From Octopus bimaculoides (lineage: Eukaryota): a stretch of 64,000 nt of DNA. Location of the stretch: NCBI RefSeq assembly GCF_001194135.2, contig NC_068984.1, forward strand, positions 104,880,173 through 104,944,172, in the 5' to 3' direction. The notes under the pieces are model-generated. The model was not told where the DNA came from. It made no database searches and saw only the letters and a program-made list of their open reading frames with translations. The translations under genes and the position numbers were made by a program. Below, in pieces: positions 23,743 to 36,580 of this stretch; positions within the stretch are counted from its first letter, which is position 1; each line of letters opens with the position of its first letter.

Positions 23743-24764
23743 TCTCCACCAATCACCCATCTTCAACATCATCATCTATCACTATCTTTATCTTACTTTT
23801 TAAGTCACTCACCTTTCTTTTCCAGTTGGGGTATCCATGTATCTACTCTTCAGCAAGACACCTATATCTGTCCCTCTATACCTTTAATCTCTCAACGGGC
23901 ACAAAGCTCCACCTACTCAATACTACTACTCTCTCTTTGTCTTGCAAGGTACCTGTCAAGCCTGTTGGTGATGGTGCCACAAAAAGCATTCAGTACATTC
24001 TGTAAAGTTGTTGCCATCATGGAAAGCAGATGTTAAATGAAGATGATTCTTAATAACTCTTTAAACTTTAAAACGTAGTTTGTTCCTTTCTAATTTTCCA
24101 TATGAAGTGTGCCAGTAAAGCTTCTTATTTGACATCCTATGCACCACTAAGCTAAAATCATTGAAAACCACAGTTGTAAAGGATATGAAAGACATTTGAT
24201 ATTATAAACATAGTTTTGTACTGCTTTGTCTTCAAGTTTCAAATTTTAAGAACGTGTTTAACTACCTTGAATTGACAATCATTATTTCTACAAAAATACT
24301 AATTAAAATTTTTGTTCATGATTATTTCATGAGAAAAGTTTGAATAATTAAGACTGCTATCATTAACAGAAATCACAGTGAGTTAATTCAATTATTGCAT
24401 GATTGTATCTTAATTAAAAACAATTAATTGAAATTCTTGTAGAAATATTCAGCAATCCTTTCAAATGCTATTTCCTATTCTATTTAAATTTATACCCTAA
24501 AGATGAAATTCTACATGCAAAGATTTGTATTTTGCAACAAACTTAAGTCCTTGTTCTGATTATAAATGAATCATCATTTCATGTGATGCAGTGATCTAGA
24601 TAATGCATTAAATTTATACAGAAACCAGTTTTAAATTGACTGGTGTAATTTATTTCATATAATATTGTATAACTTTTGCAGTTCAGGGTACCTATTCAGT
24701 AATAACTTCTCTCCCAAATTAGAAAAATTTAAGATACTTTATGTAGATATATCTTCTGCTTATA

Positions 24765-25140
24765 GGCACATGTATAGCTGTGTGGTAAAAAGTTTGCTTC
24801 CCAATCACATGGTCCCAGGTTTAGTCTCACTGTGTGGCAACTCGGACAAGTGTTTTCTACTTTAGTTTCAGGTCAACCAAAGCCTTGTGAATGGACTTGG
24901 TAGATGGAAACTGAAAGAAGCCCATTGTGTATGTGTGTGTATGTCTTTGTCCCCCACCATTAACAACTGGTGTTAGTGTGCTTATGTCTCAGTAACTTAA
25001 TAGTTTGGCAAAAGAGACTGATAGACTAAGTACCAGGCTTAAAAAGAAGATAAGTACTGAGGTAGATTTGTCTGACTAAAATTCTTCAAGGCAGTTTCCC
25101 AGCATGGTCACAGTCTAATGATTTATACAAGTAAAAGATA
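24765..25140 (+). mobile_element. SINE family A with downstream second SINE domain
   Basis: ggcacatgtatagctgtgtggtaaaaagtttgcttcccaatcacatgg...gcaactcggacaagtg...aagaagccc then gatagactaagtaccagg segment. Confidence 0.75.
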
Positions 25141-25171
25141 GATGAAAGATAGAATATATTACTCAGAAATA

Positions 25172-26292
25172 TGAGATGGTATCAAAAAGATCCTGTACAA
25201 GATCTGTAGAAAGCTTGCAGTGATCTTCATGAGGTAATGTGCTGAGTGACATTGCTGTGTTTGCTTTGCAAGTTGTGAAATTTGTGTTTCTTTAATCATG
25301 CATATGCTGTAGTCTGCGATTTTGTCTTGCGTTAAATATGGGAAGTCTGCCACAGAGACATTGAGCTTGCTTTGGCACGCTTATGGCGATGAGGCAATGG
25401 GTCGTATGCAATATTTTGAATGGCACAGGCACTTCAAAAGAAGAAGAACATCCCTGGAAGATGCTGAGCAATCTAGAAGACCTGCCACGAGCATCATCCC
25501 CAGAAATGTGGAGAAAATTCATCAGCTTGTGCATGAGGATTGTTGGAGAATAATCAATGACATTGGTGATGTTGTCTGTCAGTTATATGGGTCTGTGCAG
25601 CAATCTTAACATCTGAATTGAACATGTGGCATGTCTCTTCCAAGTTTGTCCCCTACCTGTTGACCACTGGGCAGAAAGAACATTGCATCAAAGTCTCTTA
25701 AGATCTCTGAGAAAAAAACAATTGTCTCTGAGACAACTCTGATACAAAGCAGCAGTTATCACAATGGAAAAGCCCTCCATCTCCACAAGGAGATGAAGAA
25801 AACATGACAGAGTTGCAGCTCAATCAAGAGTATGCTCACTGTTTTTATTGGTTTTTTTTTTACATCTGTGGTATTGTGCATCAAGAATTTTTCCCCCAGG
25901 GCCAGAACATCAATTGAGAGTTCTACTGCGATGTTTGAAGCATTTGAGGGAGGACATTCAGTGAAAACGATCAGCTCTGTGGAGCGTGAAGAACTAGATT
26001 CTTCACAATGACAATGCACCCTGTCACTGAGCTCTCCTCACCCAAGAGTTTCTTGCCAAAAACAATATGGTATCACTTCTGCACCCGTGCTATTCACCAG
26101 ATTCAGCACCTGTGGACTTCCATCTCTTCTCCAAGTTGAAAAGGCAGCTGGATTCCAAAAGTGGCAGAAACACTAGGAGCAGTATATTGCTGCACAAGGT
26201 GACTATTTTGAAGGAGATGATGTTAAAACTTAGGTAAATAAGCTATTTTTTATTAAGCATAACTAGTCCAGAAGCCTTTTGATACTACCTCA
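25172..26292 (+). mobile_element. Near full-length mariner transposon with TIRs and TA duplications; internally deleted pseudogene
   Basis: TA|TGAGATGGTATCAAAAAG ... CTTTTGATACTACCTCA|TA; CVKYGKSATETL..L..AYG...FEWH..FK...SLEDAEQSRRP.TS (HTH), DNAPCH, HPCYSPDSAPVDFHLF; first catalytic Asp segment absent. Confidence 0.92.
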
Positions 26293-27844
26293 TATAAAGG
26301 ACACAAAAAAAAGTTTTAGAAAATTACAGATTTCTGATTTCTAAGCATTTCTAATATTTTGGTAACAGTAACTGCATGCATTTCTCAAAAGCCTTTTTGA
26401 CTGTGTTAATGTGAGACCATGTGTCTGTGAAAGAAATTAATTATGAAAGGTATTAGAAACAGAATGGTTTTTAATTATCATTGGTTGTTTTATGGTAACG
26501 AAAACTTGATGCCTTCTTGTTCTCAGTTCAAGTCACGTTAGAGTTTGCTTTGATCTTGAATCAATAAAACAAATATAAGTGGATCATATGAATCAATTTT
26601 ACACTCCTCAATAAAATTGGTATTGTGGCTCATTAAAAGAACTCGTTAATCAATGAAGCTAAGTGCACGATGCATTTAAAGATGAAGAATTATCAATATA
26701 TCTGATTATGTGCAAGCATTCATACACATGCACACATTTAAAACTAAATTCATAGACAGATCCTTTTAGTTTTTGCTTTAAACAGAAACAAGCTTAACTC
26801 TATAAGACAACCAAAGAATATAGACATAACCAGGTCTAGTTATTTTCAACAAACACAACAAGACCAAAACATGGACACAAAATCAAATATTATATAGCGA
26901 CATTTCATTAGAAAGGTACATAATAGCAATCAAAATAGACTCGACTGATATTTTAGAGAAAACACACTTCTAATTAGCTTTACTTACATAGTATCATTCT
27001 AAATTATGTTTATGAAACATCTATTAGCCTTATTAATAAAGCTTCCTTACTAAAAATTTACTGAACTAATTTTGCACTGAATACTTTATCTGTTCTATAA
27101 ATACTGCAAAAAACATCTCTTTTCAACATTTTCCAACGAATGACAAAAAGCAGATTTCTGCTCCTTACGATGTACCTATATTCTTTCTTTCTAAACAGCA
27201 CTAAATGCAACCTTCTGTCTTAAGAATCACAATTGTATAACACTACCTCTACTTCTCTATATTCCTGATAAACATTAATCTCTACTGTTTTCAGACTCTG
27301 TATTAACTTTTAATCTTATCCAACCCCTATATCTTATGATATGAGAAGAACCTCATAACCGACAAGTAGATGTCTTCCTTGGAAATCAATGAACCAGGAA
27401 AATGGTTTATTTCAAATTTAGTAATTAGATTTTCCAGACTATTAGTCTCATCTTTAGTGTGCACATTTATAATATTTGCAGTATGATATTGGTTCACTTT
27501 CCCAGCTTCATCAGGAGTCTCAGTCCTGGATGGATACACAATATCAGATTGGTTTCACACCAGAAAACATTTCTAAACTAAGGGCAATCACAGGTGCCAT
27601 TCACATGCATCTTAAAAGTCTCATACTAAACCTGCATCACTGCCATGAACAGAGTTAGGAACAGTATTCTCATACAAAAGAGATAACAGGATTCTCTAAG
27701 AGATAACATAAAAAAGAGATAACAGTATTCTCAGACATGAAAATCTAGTCTCTTTCATCAACACAGTCTTAGATAACATATCACTAAAATCCTCACAAAT
27801 CTCCAGTGATATTTCTTGCTAGCCTTACATGCATAATATAGCAC

Positions 27845-27975
27845 AGACATGGCTGCAGGTTAAAAAGTTTACTTCACAAAACATAGTTCCAGATCAATTC
27901 TTTTGTGTGGCACCTTATAATAAATCAGTGCCTTCTCAATAGAATTTGGTAAATGGAAAATGTGTAGATGCCCGT
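27845..27975 (+). mobile_element. SINE family A
   Basis: cagacatggctgcaggttaaaaagtttacttc...gtggcacctt...atttggtaaatggaaa. Confidence 0.65.
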
Positions 27976-27992
27976 CACATATATGTGTGTGT

Positions 27993-28045
<53 letters not shown>

Positions 28046-28047
28046 CC

Positions 28048-28627
28048 ATCATCATCCATATCATCATCATCGTCGTTTAACGTCTGCTTTCCATGCTGGC
28101 ATGAGTTGGACGGTATGACGGAGGACTGGCAAGTCAGAAGGCTGCACCAGGCTCCAATCTGGTCTGGTAAAGTTTCTACAGGTGGATGCCCTTTCTAATG
28201 CCAACCACTTAGAGAGTGTAGTGAGTGCTTTCATGTGCCACTGACACAAGGGCCAGTCAGGCAGTTTTGGTAACAACCATGCTCAAAAGGTGTTTTTTAT
28301 ATGCTACCTGCATGGGAGCCAGTCAAGCAGCACTGGCAACAACAACGCTCGAATGTTGTTATCTATGTGCCACTGGCACATGTGCCGGTGAGGTGACACT
28401 GACAATGATCATGCTCGAATGGTGCTTTTTACATGCCACCAGCACAGGAGCCAATCAGCGGCCCTGGCAATGATCATGCTCGGATGTGCTCCTAACGTTC
28501 CACTGGCATAGGCCACAGGTTATGGTCTCACTTGACTTGTTGGGTCTTCTCAAGTACAGCATATCTCCAAAGGTCTCAGTCACTAGTTATTGCCTTGGTA
28601 AGGCCCAGTGTTCAAAGGTTGTGCTTC

Positions 28628-28628
<1 letters not shown>
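28048..28628 (-). mobile_element. RTE LINE 3' end with (GAT)n tail and internal about 60-bp tandem units
   Basis: Reverse complement matches ORF end and 3' UTR of 19780-20295; three to four gtgccactggcacaggagccagtc...atgctcgaatggtgc units at 28235-28505. Confidence 0.85.
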
Positions 28629-28656
<28 letters not shown>

Positions 28657-28660
<4 letters not shown>

Positions 28661-29418
28661 ATCATAAATATATAGGGATTGACAGTAACCTGCTTCTCCA
28701 ACATACTGAGAATTCAGAAATAGCAGTCAAAGAACTACTGATTTCAAAACTACAAATTATTACTCCAGCTTGATAGCGATATTTTTGATACACACAGAAC
28801 AAAAAACAATAGAGAAGAGTAAAAAACACTTGCCTTTTAGTTANNNNNNNNNNNNNNNNNNNNNNNNNNNNNNNNNNNNNNNNNNNNNNNNNNNNNNNNN
28901 NNNNNNNNNNNNNNNNNNNNNNNNNNNNNNNNNNNNNNNNNNNNNNNNNNNNNNNNNNNNNNNNNNNNNNNNNNNNNNNNNNNNNNNNNNNNNNNNNNNN
29001 NNNNNNNNNNNNNNNNNNNNNNNNNNNNNNNNNNNNNNNNNNNNNNNNNNNNNNNNNNNNNNNNNNNNNNNNNNNNNNNNNNNNNNNNNNNNNNNNNNNN
29101 NNNNNNNNNNNNNNNNNNNNNNNNNNNNNNNNNNNNNNNNNNNNNNNNNNNNNNNNNNNNNNNNNNNNNNNNNNNNNNNNNNNNNNNNNNNNNNNNNNNN
29201 NNNNNNNNNNNNNNNNNNNNNNNNNNNNNNNNNNNNNNNNNNNNNNNNNNNNNNNNNNNNNNNNNNNNNNNNNNNNNNNNNNNNNNNNNNNNNNNNNNNN
29301 NNNNNNNNNNNNNNNNNNNAGTAGTTCTTTGAAATCAGTAGTTCTTTGACTGCTATTTCTGAATTCTCAGTATGTTGGAGAAGCAGGTTACTGTCAATCC
29401 CTATATATTTATGATTAT
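28657..29418. repeat. About 97-bp near-perfect inverted repeat flanking an N gap (28844-29319)
   Basis: 28657-28753 is the reverse complement of 29321-29418 apart from a 2-nt indel (aaaactac vs aaagaactac). Confidence 0.9.
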
Positions 29419-29657
29419 AAATTATTTACCGAAGAAGGTTTTTTTCATACTGAGCTACCCGGCAGAAATTGTTAATTATTAATTTTATTACTAATTGATG
29501 ATTCCCTGCCCTGCATATCTATATATATATATATATATATATCAAGTTAATTGCAGAATAAAACCGTTATGTCATCAACTCAAAAAGCCGTAGCCCACCA
29601 ATGACCACATATAAGAAGTACAACATAGACCACAAACCCAATTAGTAAAGGGAAGTC

Positions 29658-30644
29658 AAAATTTTTATACATAAGAATAAAAAAATCGATTAAAAATACA
29701 ATAGAATAATATAAATAAATAAATAAACTGCGATTAAAAGTTGATTAAAAATATTAGAGACCGGTACAATTACAGTAGAAAAAAAAAATATATATATAGA
29801 AAAAATATAGAGAAAAAAAAATAATACATAGGGAGATGTAGCACAACAGTTCATTTGTTGAGGCGAATAGCCAATAAAAAAAGTTCAAGATATATAGTAC
29901 GAAAGTTCATCATGGCTTACGTTGGATTTGAAACCTAATAGTCTTTAGTAACCAAACCTGCCTGACTATTCTAAAGGGTATACTAAAAATTGGATTTTTT
30001 TTTTTTTTTTTTTTTGGTCTAGTCCATATTATTATCTATTTAAGCTTTGCTCTCATAATTATAATTTTTTTTTGACTGGTGACTTCGTTGATGTCTGTGT
30101 GTCTTTTTTTACCCTGAAGAAGGGGTTATCACCAATTTGTGCTCTATTGTGCCCTAAATACGGTGATATACTCTCGAAATGGCCATAGGTGTTCTGTGTT
30201 TGTGTTCCACCTATACTTGTAATCCACTGTAAATGATGTTTATGGTTTGACTTTACTGATGTTACCTGCGGAATGGTGAAATATGGATTTTACTTTGGAT
30301 GTTCTGTTGTTGTTTTGTCCCGTGCGCTTCGGTATTCCTGTTTATGAAATTGGATTTTACCTACTAAATTTGCTGTCATGAGGGAGGTAGGTGAACTTTC
30401 GTACTATTTATCTTGAACTTTTTTTATTGGCTATTCGCCTCAGTGAATGAAATGTTGTGCTACGTCTCCCTATGTATTATTTTTTTTCTCTATATTTTTT
30501 CTATATATATATATTTTTTTATTCTACTGTAATTGTACCGGTCTCTAATATTTTTAATCAACTTTTAATCGCAGTTTATTTATTTATTTATATTATTCTA
30601 TTGTATTTTTAATCGATTTTTTTATTCTTATGTATAAAAATTTT
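29658..30644. mobile_element. Fold-back element with about 252-bp inverted arms (29658-29909 / 30392-30644), probably a Penelope-type inverted terminal structure
   Basis: About 7 mismatches counted by eye between arms; CpGs retained; hammerhead motif in the spacer; no TSD seen. Confidence 0.75.
30109..30192 (+). ncRNA. Minimal type I hammerhead ribozyme motif
   Basis: CUGAAGA 30114-30120, extra A, extended stem II (GGGG/CUCUC outer, UAUCACC/GGUGAUA inner), GAAA 30176-30179, palindromic stem III AUGGCCAU, cleavage triplet AUA (after 30187), stem I UACC/GGUG. Confidence 0.72.
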
Positions 30645-31540
30645 CTACAATAAATGCTCTACCAAAATTCACATGTCATACATGTATTCAAAACTACTAA
30701 AATCTATGCATGTTTACATGTGAATACATGATCTTCTTACAGACAGGTTACATACATTTCTAAAGGCTTTTAAGGGACAGCAAGCAGGTTTAGTTCATGC
30801 AAAAGCTGCACATTTACAATACATTTGACACATTCTGTGCAAAAGCTATTCACATTGACTGCAAAAGTTCTCAAAGAATATAGATATGAGGAAGAACCAG
30901 CACATCTTGGCATTCTGAATTTTCAATCTGTAATTTCAAATTATTCTTGTTTTTTGTTCCACTTAAAGCAGGAAATACATGCATGCAGTGTAATAAGTAA
31001 ATAGACTGAACTTGAATTGATGATATCTCTCAGTCAGTTGAATATAAATATAATAGTGGAATAAGTGTATATACAAATACTTATAGTGCATTAATATATA
31101 TTAAATATATATTGATGACACATTGTGTATGATATATATATATATATATATATATATATTGATTAGATTTACCAATAAAAATAAGGACAAAATTAATTTG
31201 AACATCAAAATCTATTGACATAAAAACGTTAGTTGAGCACGATGAGATAAAGAAGGCAGCAGAATGAACTTGCAAATACAATTCATCAGTAGCAAGAACT
31301 CATATCAAATGAGAGCTTGTGTCAAATGAGATCTCATGTCAAATAATTTAGAAAGTAAATCATATAAAGTGTAACAAATCCAACAACTTCAAATAGTTAA
31401 GTATAAATACTAATACATGTAGCCTCTTATGTATAAATTGATTTCATAACTAAGGATACAATTACAGTACATGAACAGAAATACACATGGAGTTCTAAAT
31501 ACTGGTTATTTGTTATGCAATGTAAGGTTTAAATTGCAAT

Positions 31541-31597
<57 letters not shown>

Positions 31598-31599
<2 letters not shown>

Positions 31600-31805
31600 A
31601 GGGGAGCTGAAAAGGTTCTGGCTTTGGGTAAAAGAAAATACAAGAGGATCAGTTGATTATGATTTTATTCTACATATTCTCCTCTAAGATCCACACACTT
31701 ATTGCAGTGGTCCTATTCCTAAGCCCTGTAAAAGAACTCAGAAGGTTGGCCTCCAGCCAGGTTTTTTGTGATACCCTTAAAGCTAGGAACATTTCAGCAC
31801 CCCCA
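31598..31805. mobile_element. Mariner-type MITE (about 208 bp)
   Basis: Left TGAGGGGAGCTGAAAAGGTTCTGGCTT vs right AAGCTAGGAACATTTCAGCACCCCC inverted termini; no ORF. Confidence 0.75.
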
Positions 31806-32029
31806 CTCTGTGTGTGTGTGTGTGTGTGCATGTGCGTGTGTGTATGTCTGTGCGTGCATGTGTGCATGTGCGTGTATTCACCACCATCTTCTCTCTCTTT
31901 TCCAATTTGGGTAATCATATATCTCCCCTACAGCAAGATACATGTACCCATCTCACTATCATACTTTAACATATCATCACCCGGTATAAAGCCATCTCCC
32001 TCAAGACTAAACCTTCTTAGTTTAGGGGT

Positions 32030-32250
32030 TTTGGTGGCCTCACAAATGCTGGCACCATGTAAAATGTATCCTGTATACTCTGTAAAGTGGTTGGCATTAG
32101 GAAAGACATCCAGCTATAGAAACTATGCCAAAACATACATTGGAGCTTGGCACAATCCAATGGCTCCCAGGCTCTTATTGAACCATCCAACCCAACTCAA
32201 CCCATGCTAGCATGGAAAACGGATGTTAAATGATGATGATGATGATGTGT
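32030..32250 (+). mobile_element. RTE-derived 3' tail (SINE or short LINE)
   Basis: gtaaagtggttggcattaggaaagacatccagc...catggaaaacggatgttaaatgatgatgatg. Confidence 0.75.
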
Positions 32251-33384
32251 GTGTGTGTGTGTGTGTCTGTAGGTGTGTGTGTGTGTAGTGTTCGTATGTG
32301 GAATATATACAGGACCAATAAAAACTACAGATACTTGGAAAATTGATTCTCTAAAATGCCATGATGGCTCATTAGAGGGATAAGTAACTTTATCTTTAAG
32401 CCATAATGGGTATGCCTTGTGAGTAGAATTTAGTAGATGGAAACTGTTTTGAAGTTTGTTATGTGTCTGTATGTGTGTTCATGTCTGTGCCCATGTTTAT
32501 CAGGGTAAACCAGTAAGTAAGATTTTATGTCAAACACATAACTTAAGGACCGAATTGAAAGGAGTGCTTGGGTTTATCTGACCAACTAAAACCCTTGGTA
32601 AAAATGTCCTAGCATGGCCACAAAATCCAATGATGGGATCAGTAAAAGAATACACACTGTTAACAGTGTTCAATTGACAGAACTGTTGAAGTCTAAGATA
32701 AATTGCTTTGTGGCTAATCATTCTGGCTGTCTGTGCTTAGAGTTTTAATCTCACTGAGGTCAATTTTGCCTTTCATCTTGTACTATGTAAGAGTCAATTC
32801 TTCACTTTTTGTCTGTCTTTTTCTGTCCTTCTGAAAGAAATTGACTGTGTTCAGACCTAGAGGTCAATGGGTTCTGCTCAAAACATGCCAAAAGTCACAA
32901 CAGAACCCTTATGAATCCATCATCAAAAAGTCAAAGGCTCATAACAGAGCATGGCAAACTTACAACTCATTTAACAGGTTTGGTTGAACAAACAGGATAA
33001 ATAGAACATGAGTTATTATTTTTAATCAGAAGTTATGAAGTGAATCAAGGGTTGAGAAATTAGAGCACAAAACTGTCAGCTCCTGAATCTCCTTGTAACT
33101 TCTGCCATTTAAAAACAAAAAATAAAAACTCATTCAAGAGATTTGGACATTATTGAAATTTAGAAGCCATAAAAGCTGAAAATGTATATGAACTACATCT
33201 AAATTGCATTTTTTGTTTCCCACTTCACTTTGTCTCACTGAAGTTATAATTTCTAATCAAATGATGTGTTCAAATAGGTGTTTGTAATAGATATGGATTA
33301 GGGAGGATTAACAAAGGCACTTTTTGCAGTAGCATCTTCAATTAATTAAATAACATTTATAGTCTTTTAAAGTTTAAAACTTGA

Positions 33385-33515
33385 GGATGTGGCTGTGTGG
33401 TAAAGAAATTTGCTTCCTAACCATATTGTTTTGTGCTCAGTTCCACTACATGACACTTTGGGTAAGTGCCTTTTATTATATCTCTGGGCTAACCAAAGCT
33501 TTGCAAGTGGATTCT
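33385..33515 (+). mobile_element. SINE family A
   Basis: gatgtggctgtgtggtaaagaaatttgcttcc...ctcagttccact...ctttgggtaagtg...ccaaagctttgcaagtggatt. Confidence 0.75.
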
Positions 33516-34199
33516 GTACATAGAAAGAAAGAAAGAAAGAAAGAGAGAGAGGGAGAGCATCATACAAGCAGTGTTATCTATTTGCAATATTCTGCAAAAA
33601 CATTTCTGGCCATAAGGAAATATTACCTTGCTTGGAAACAAGTGAGGGTTGGCAACAGGAAGGGCATTTGGCTTTAGAAATCTGCCTCAATAAACTACCA
33701 ACTACCCATACAGGCATGGAAAGTTGACTGTTAAAACAACGATGACAATGGCAACAATGATGACAAATGAAAAATATACCAGGAGCATGAATAAAGACAG
33801 ATTATAACATCTGTTTTATTCATGCCCATGGCTTATTTTTGTGTAGCATTTTGTCAAAATCTTCCCACACCTCCCCAGAATTCAAACTTCTAAGAAAAAC
33901 AGAACTTCAAACATTACACATCAAACATAGATGACTGAATTTCTGTGTCTATTGATTCAAAATTATATATCTTTCTGACAACATTGACATACATCCTGTA
34001 GCACTCTTCAAAAAGTTATATGTAACTCTTAATCCACTAGATTGAACTTTCTCTATGAAGTTGTGTGAGTGGTTCTTCACTTTTGTAAGTTTTCTTAAAA
34101 TTAGTTCTAAGTTGTGAAATTTGAAAAAAGAAACTATTCAGAACAGTTTCCGAGAAATGTCTGTTTCAGTTGATGAAATGAGGTGGAATTACAAAGCAA

Positions 34200-34500
34200 T
34201 AATTTTGTCTTACTCAATTTTGCTTTGACAATTTTTTGTTGGCAAAAATTTTTTAAAGAAAAAGAGTTCAAAAATTATAAGTGTTAAGTAAAAGTTGTGA
34301 CTTAAGTCCGGGGGGGGGGGAGAATTAATTTAATGAAATCAGGGTAGTTTGTTAAAATATACTGTAAAAACCCATGTAATTTATGCACTTTTTTTTTGCA
34401 AAAATAAAAATAAACTTTAGGGGGCACATAAATTACATGAGTAGATCGTTTCCAGAAATTTTTTGTTGAAAAAAGATATACACAGCGGGTCATGTACTAG
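34200..34500 (+). mobile_element. Probable non-autonomous Helitron 3' end
   Basis: Ends CACAGCGGGTCATGTACTAG|T (CTAG followed by T); 5' boundary unclear. Confidence 0.4.
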
Positions 34501-34514
34501 TAATTATAATAATG

Positions 34515-34640
34515 TTTCAAATTTTGGCACAAAGCCAGCAATTTTAAGACAAAGGGTTTAGTCAATTACATCAACCCCAGTAATCAACACCGAAAAGATG
34601 AAAAACAATGTTGACCTTGGTGGGATTTGAACTCAGAAAA
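34515..34640 (-). mobile_element. tRNA-derived SINE family B (GGGGTCGATAAA...TACC-type central domain)
   Basis: Reverse complement has B box GAGTTCAAATCC followed by the domain also seen at 52385-52417. Confidence 0.6.
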
Positions 34641-34675
34641 ATCCCATCAATAATAATAATAATCCTTTCTACTAT

Positions 34676-35320
34676 AAACCCGATTAGTCAGGATATTGAG
34701 ATGGAGTTTGGGATAAAAGATGTGGTGTTGTAACCCTGAAATGTGGAAAACTAACAAAGAGTAGAGGGATTGAGCTTGCAAATGACCAGATTATTAAAGA
34801 GGTGGGAGAGGAAAGATACAAGCATTTGGGAGTCTTTAAGTTGGATCAAATCAAAGAGAAAGCAATGAAGGAGATGTTCAAAAAAGAACATCTCAGGTGG
34901 GTGTGACTTGTAATGTTATCTAAATTGAAAGGAAGGAATAAGATCAGGGCAAAGAATAATGGGCTGTGTTTCTCATGCACGACAGAGCAGGGGTTATTAA
35001 ATGGAAGAAAGATAAATTAAAAAAGTATTGAAAGGAAAACTAAGAAATTGATGACAGTGCGTAAAGAACTCCATCCAAGGATTGATGTTGCAAGAAAGAA
35101 AGGAGACAGAAGACTAATAAGTTGTGGAAATTGTGTCAAAAGTGAGGTAAACAACCTAGCTTGATACCATAAATGTCAAAAGTAAGAGATCTCAACACAG
35201 TGAAATCTGCTCATGCAGTAACACTGAATGAAAGCCAGAAGAGAGTGAACAAAGAACCTGAAAAGGAATGGAAGGACAAACTTATGCACAGGCAGTACAC
35301 TAGAGATAATGTAAGCACCT
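34676..35320 (+). mobile_element. R4/Dong-clade non-LTR retrotransposon RT C-terminal relic
   Basis: DIEMEFGI..CGVVTLKCGKL...GIELANDQIIKEVGEERYKHLGV...MKEMFKKEHLR...SKLKGRNKIRA.N.WAV matches the recalled R4/Dong pattern (MEFGxDKC, YKYLG, SKLNxxNxxxAINxWA). Confidence 0.75.
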
Positions 35321-36444
35321 TGGTTGTTGTCATCATCATTTTACATCCACTTTCCATGCTGACATGGTTGTCAATGTGAGTTGCCTTCAATTGGGTGCCA
35401 CTGCTCTGAATGACTAGGTTCTCACATGTGTCATTTGGTTTGGTTTTTATGATTGGATGCTCTTCCTAAAGCCAACCACTTTAAAGAGTGTACTGAGTGT
35501 ATTTTCTCATGGTGCCAACACTACAGAGTATTAAGTTATGAACATCCTCTAGATTTTAGTGAAACAGAAATAGAGAGACATTATAACTCTACGCTTTCTC
35601 TGCTCAGTCAGCCAATTTCTATAGAGTATTAACAGTAAATGGAGTATGGATGCTTTGTATGCAGTAAATGTAAAGTTGGAAAAGAACAATGAGGACAAAA
35701 AAGCCATAGGGGGTTATTAAATATGTGGTGATAGAGTAAATGTGAATACAGAAAGTAGTTCTTTTACATTCACAGAATAGCAATAAAAAGTCATCATCAT
35801 CATCATCATCACCATCATTTTAATGTCTATTTTTTCACTGATTAAATTCCATGGGTCAGATGGAGTTTAACCAGGCAGATTAAACAGGCAGTTGGTGACA
35901 GGATGGGCATCCATAATGCCCATCCTATCACTAACATTCAGTTGTTTCCAAATAAGGTGTTATTTCCCAATGATCAGATAGGTTTTTGCAGAATATTTGA
36001 AATGAATGATTTTGCTTGTATAACAGACACACACAAATATCATGCAATGTCAAGACAAACATACACAGACTTAAACATACATGCAACCTCTTTGTAACTT
36101 TTAGCTTCTATATCTAGAATATAAATTCATATTTATACCAATAATAAATTGTGCACTTAGTTTTGTAAGTAAACACCTATGTGACCATCTGGATAATCTA
36201 AGATCTTAAGGAAAAGAAATCAACCAGCTAATTCGCACTACACATATGAAATCTGTAAGTGGAACAATAAAAATATGCAAGACTTTTCTCAGGTTTATCA
36301 TGTAAATTTGTCTTTTTTTTATCTACATTCTAGTGACAGAGGTTCATATCTTTGTTAGAAACCAGTTCCTTCCTGAGAGGAGGATTTCAAATACTTAAAA
36401 ACACACGCTCACACACATACAAGTACACACATGTGACAGACATC

Positions 36445-36580
36445 TTTCAGTTTCCATCTTCCAAATTCACTCATAAGACTTTGGGCAGCTTAGTGCTGCA
36501 ATAGAGTATCATGCAGTGAGACTGAACCTGAATCCATGTCATTTTAGAGGGAAACATCTTAACCACATAGCTATGCCTGC
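36445..36580 (-). mobile_element. SINE family A
   Basis: Reverse complement gcaggcatagctatgtggttaagatg...caggttcagtctcactgc...agtcttatgagtgaatttgg. Confidence 0.7.

Noticed and set aside
27481-27520. Minus-strand CCTGATGAAGC...GTGAAC hammerhead-like motif and the overlapping 70-aa ORF
   Set aside because: Only 2-bp stem II, incomplete GAAA, no stem I; the ORF has no recognisable homology or splice sites.
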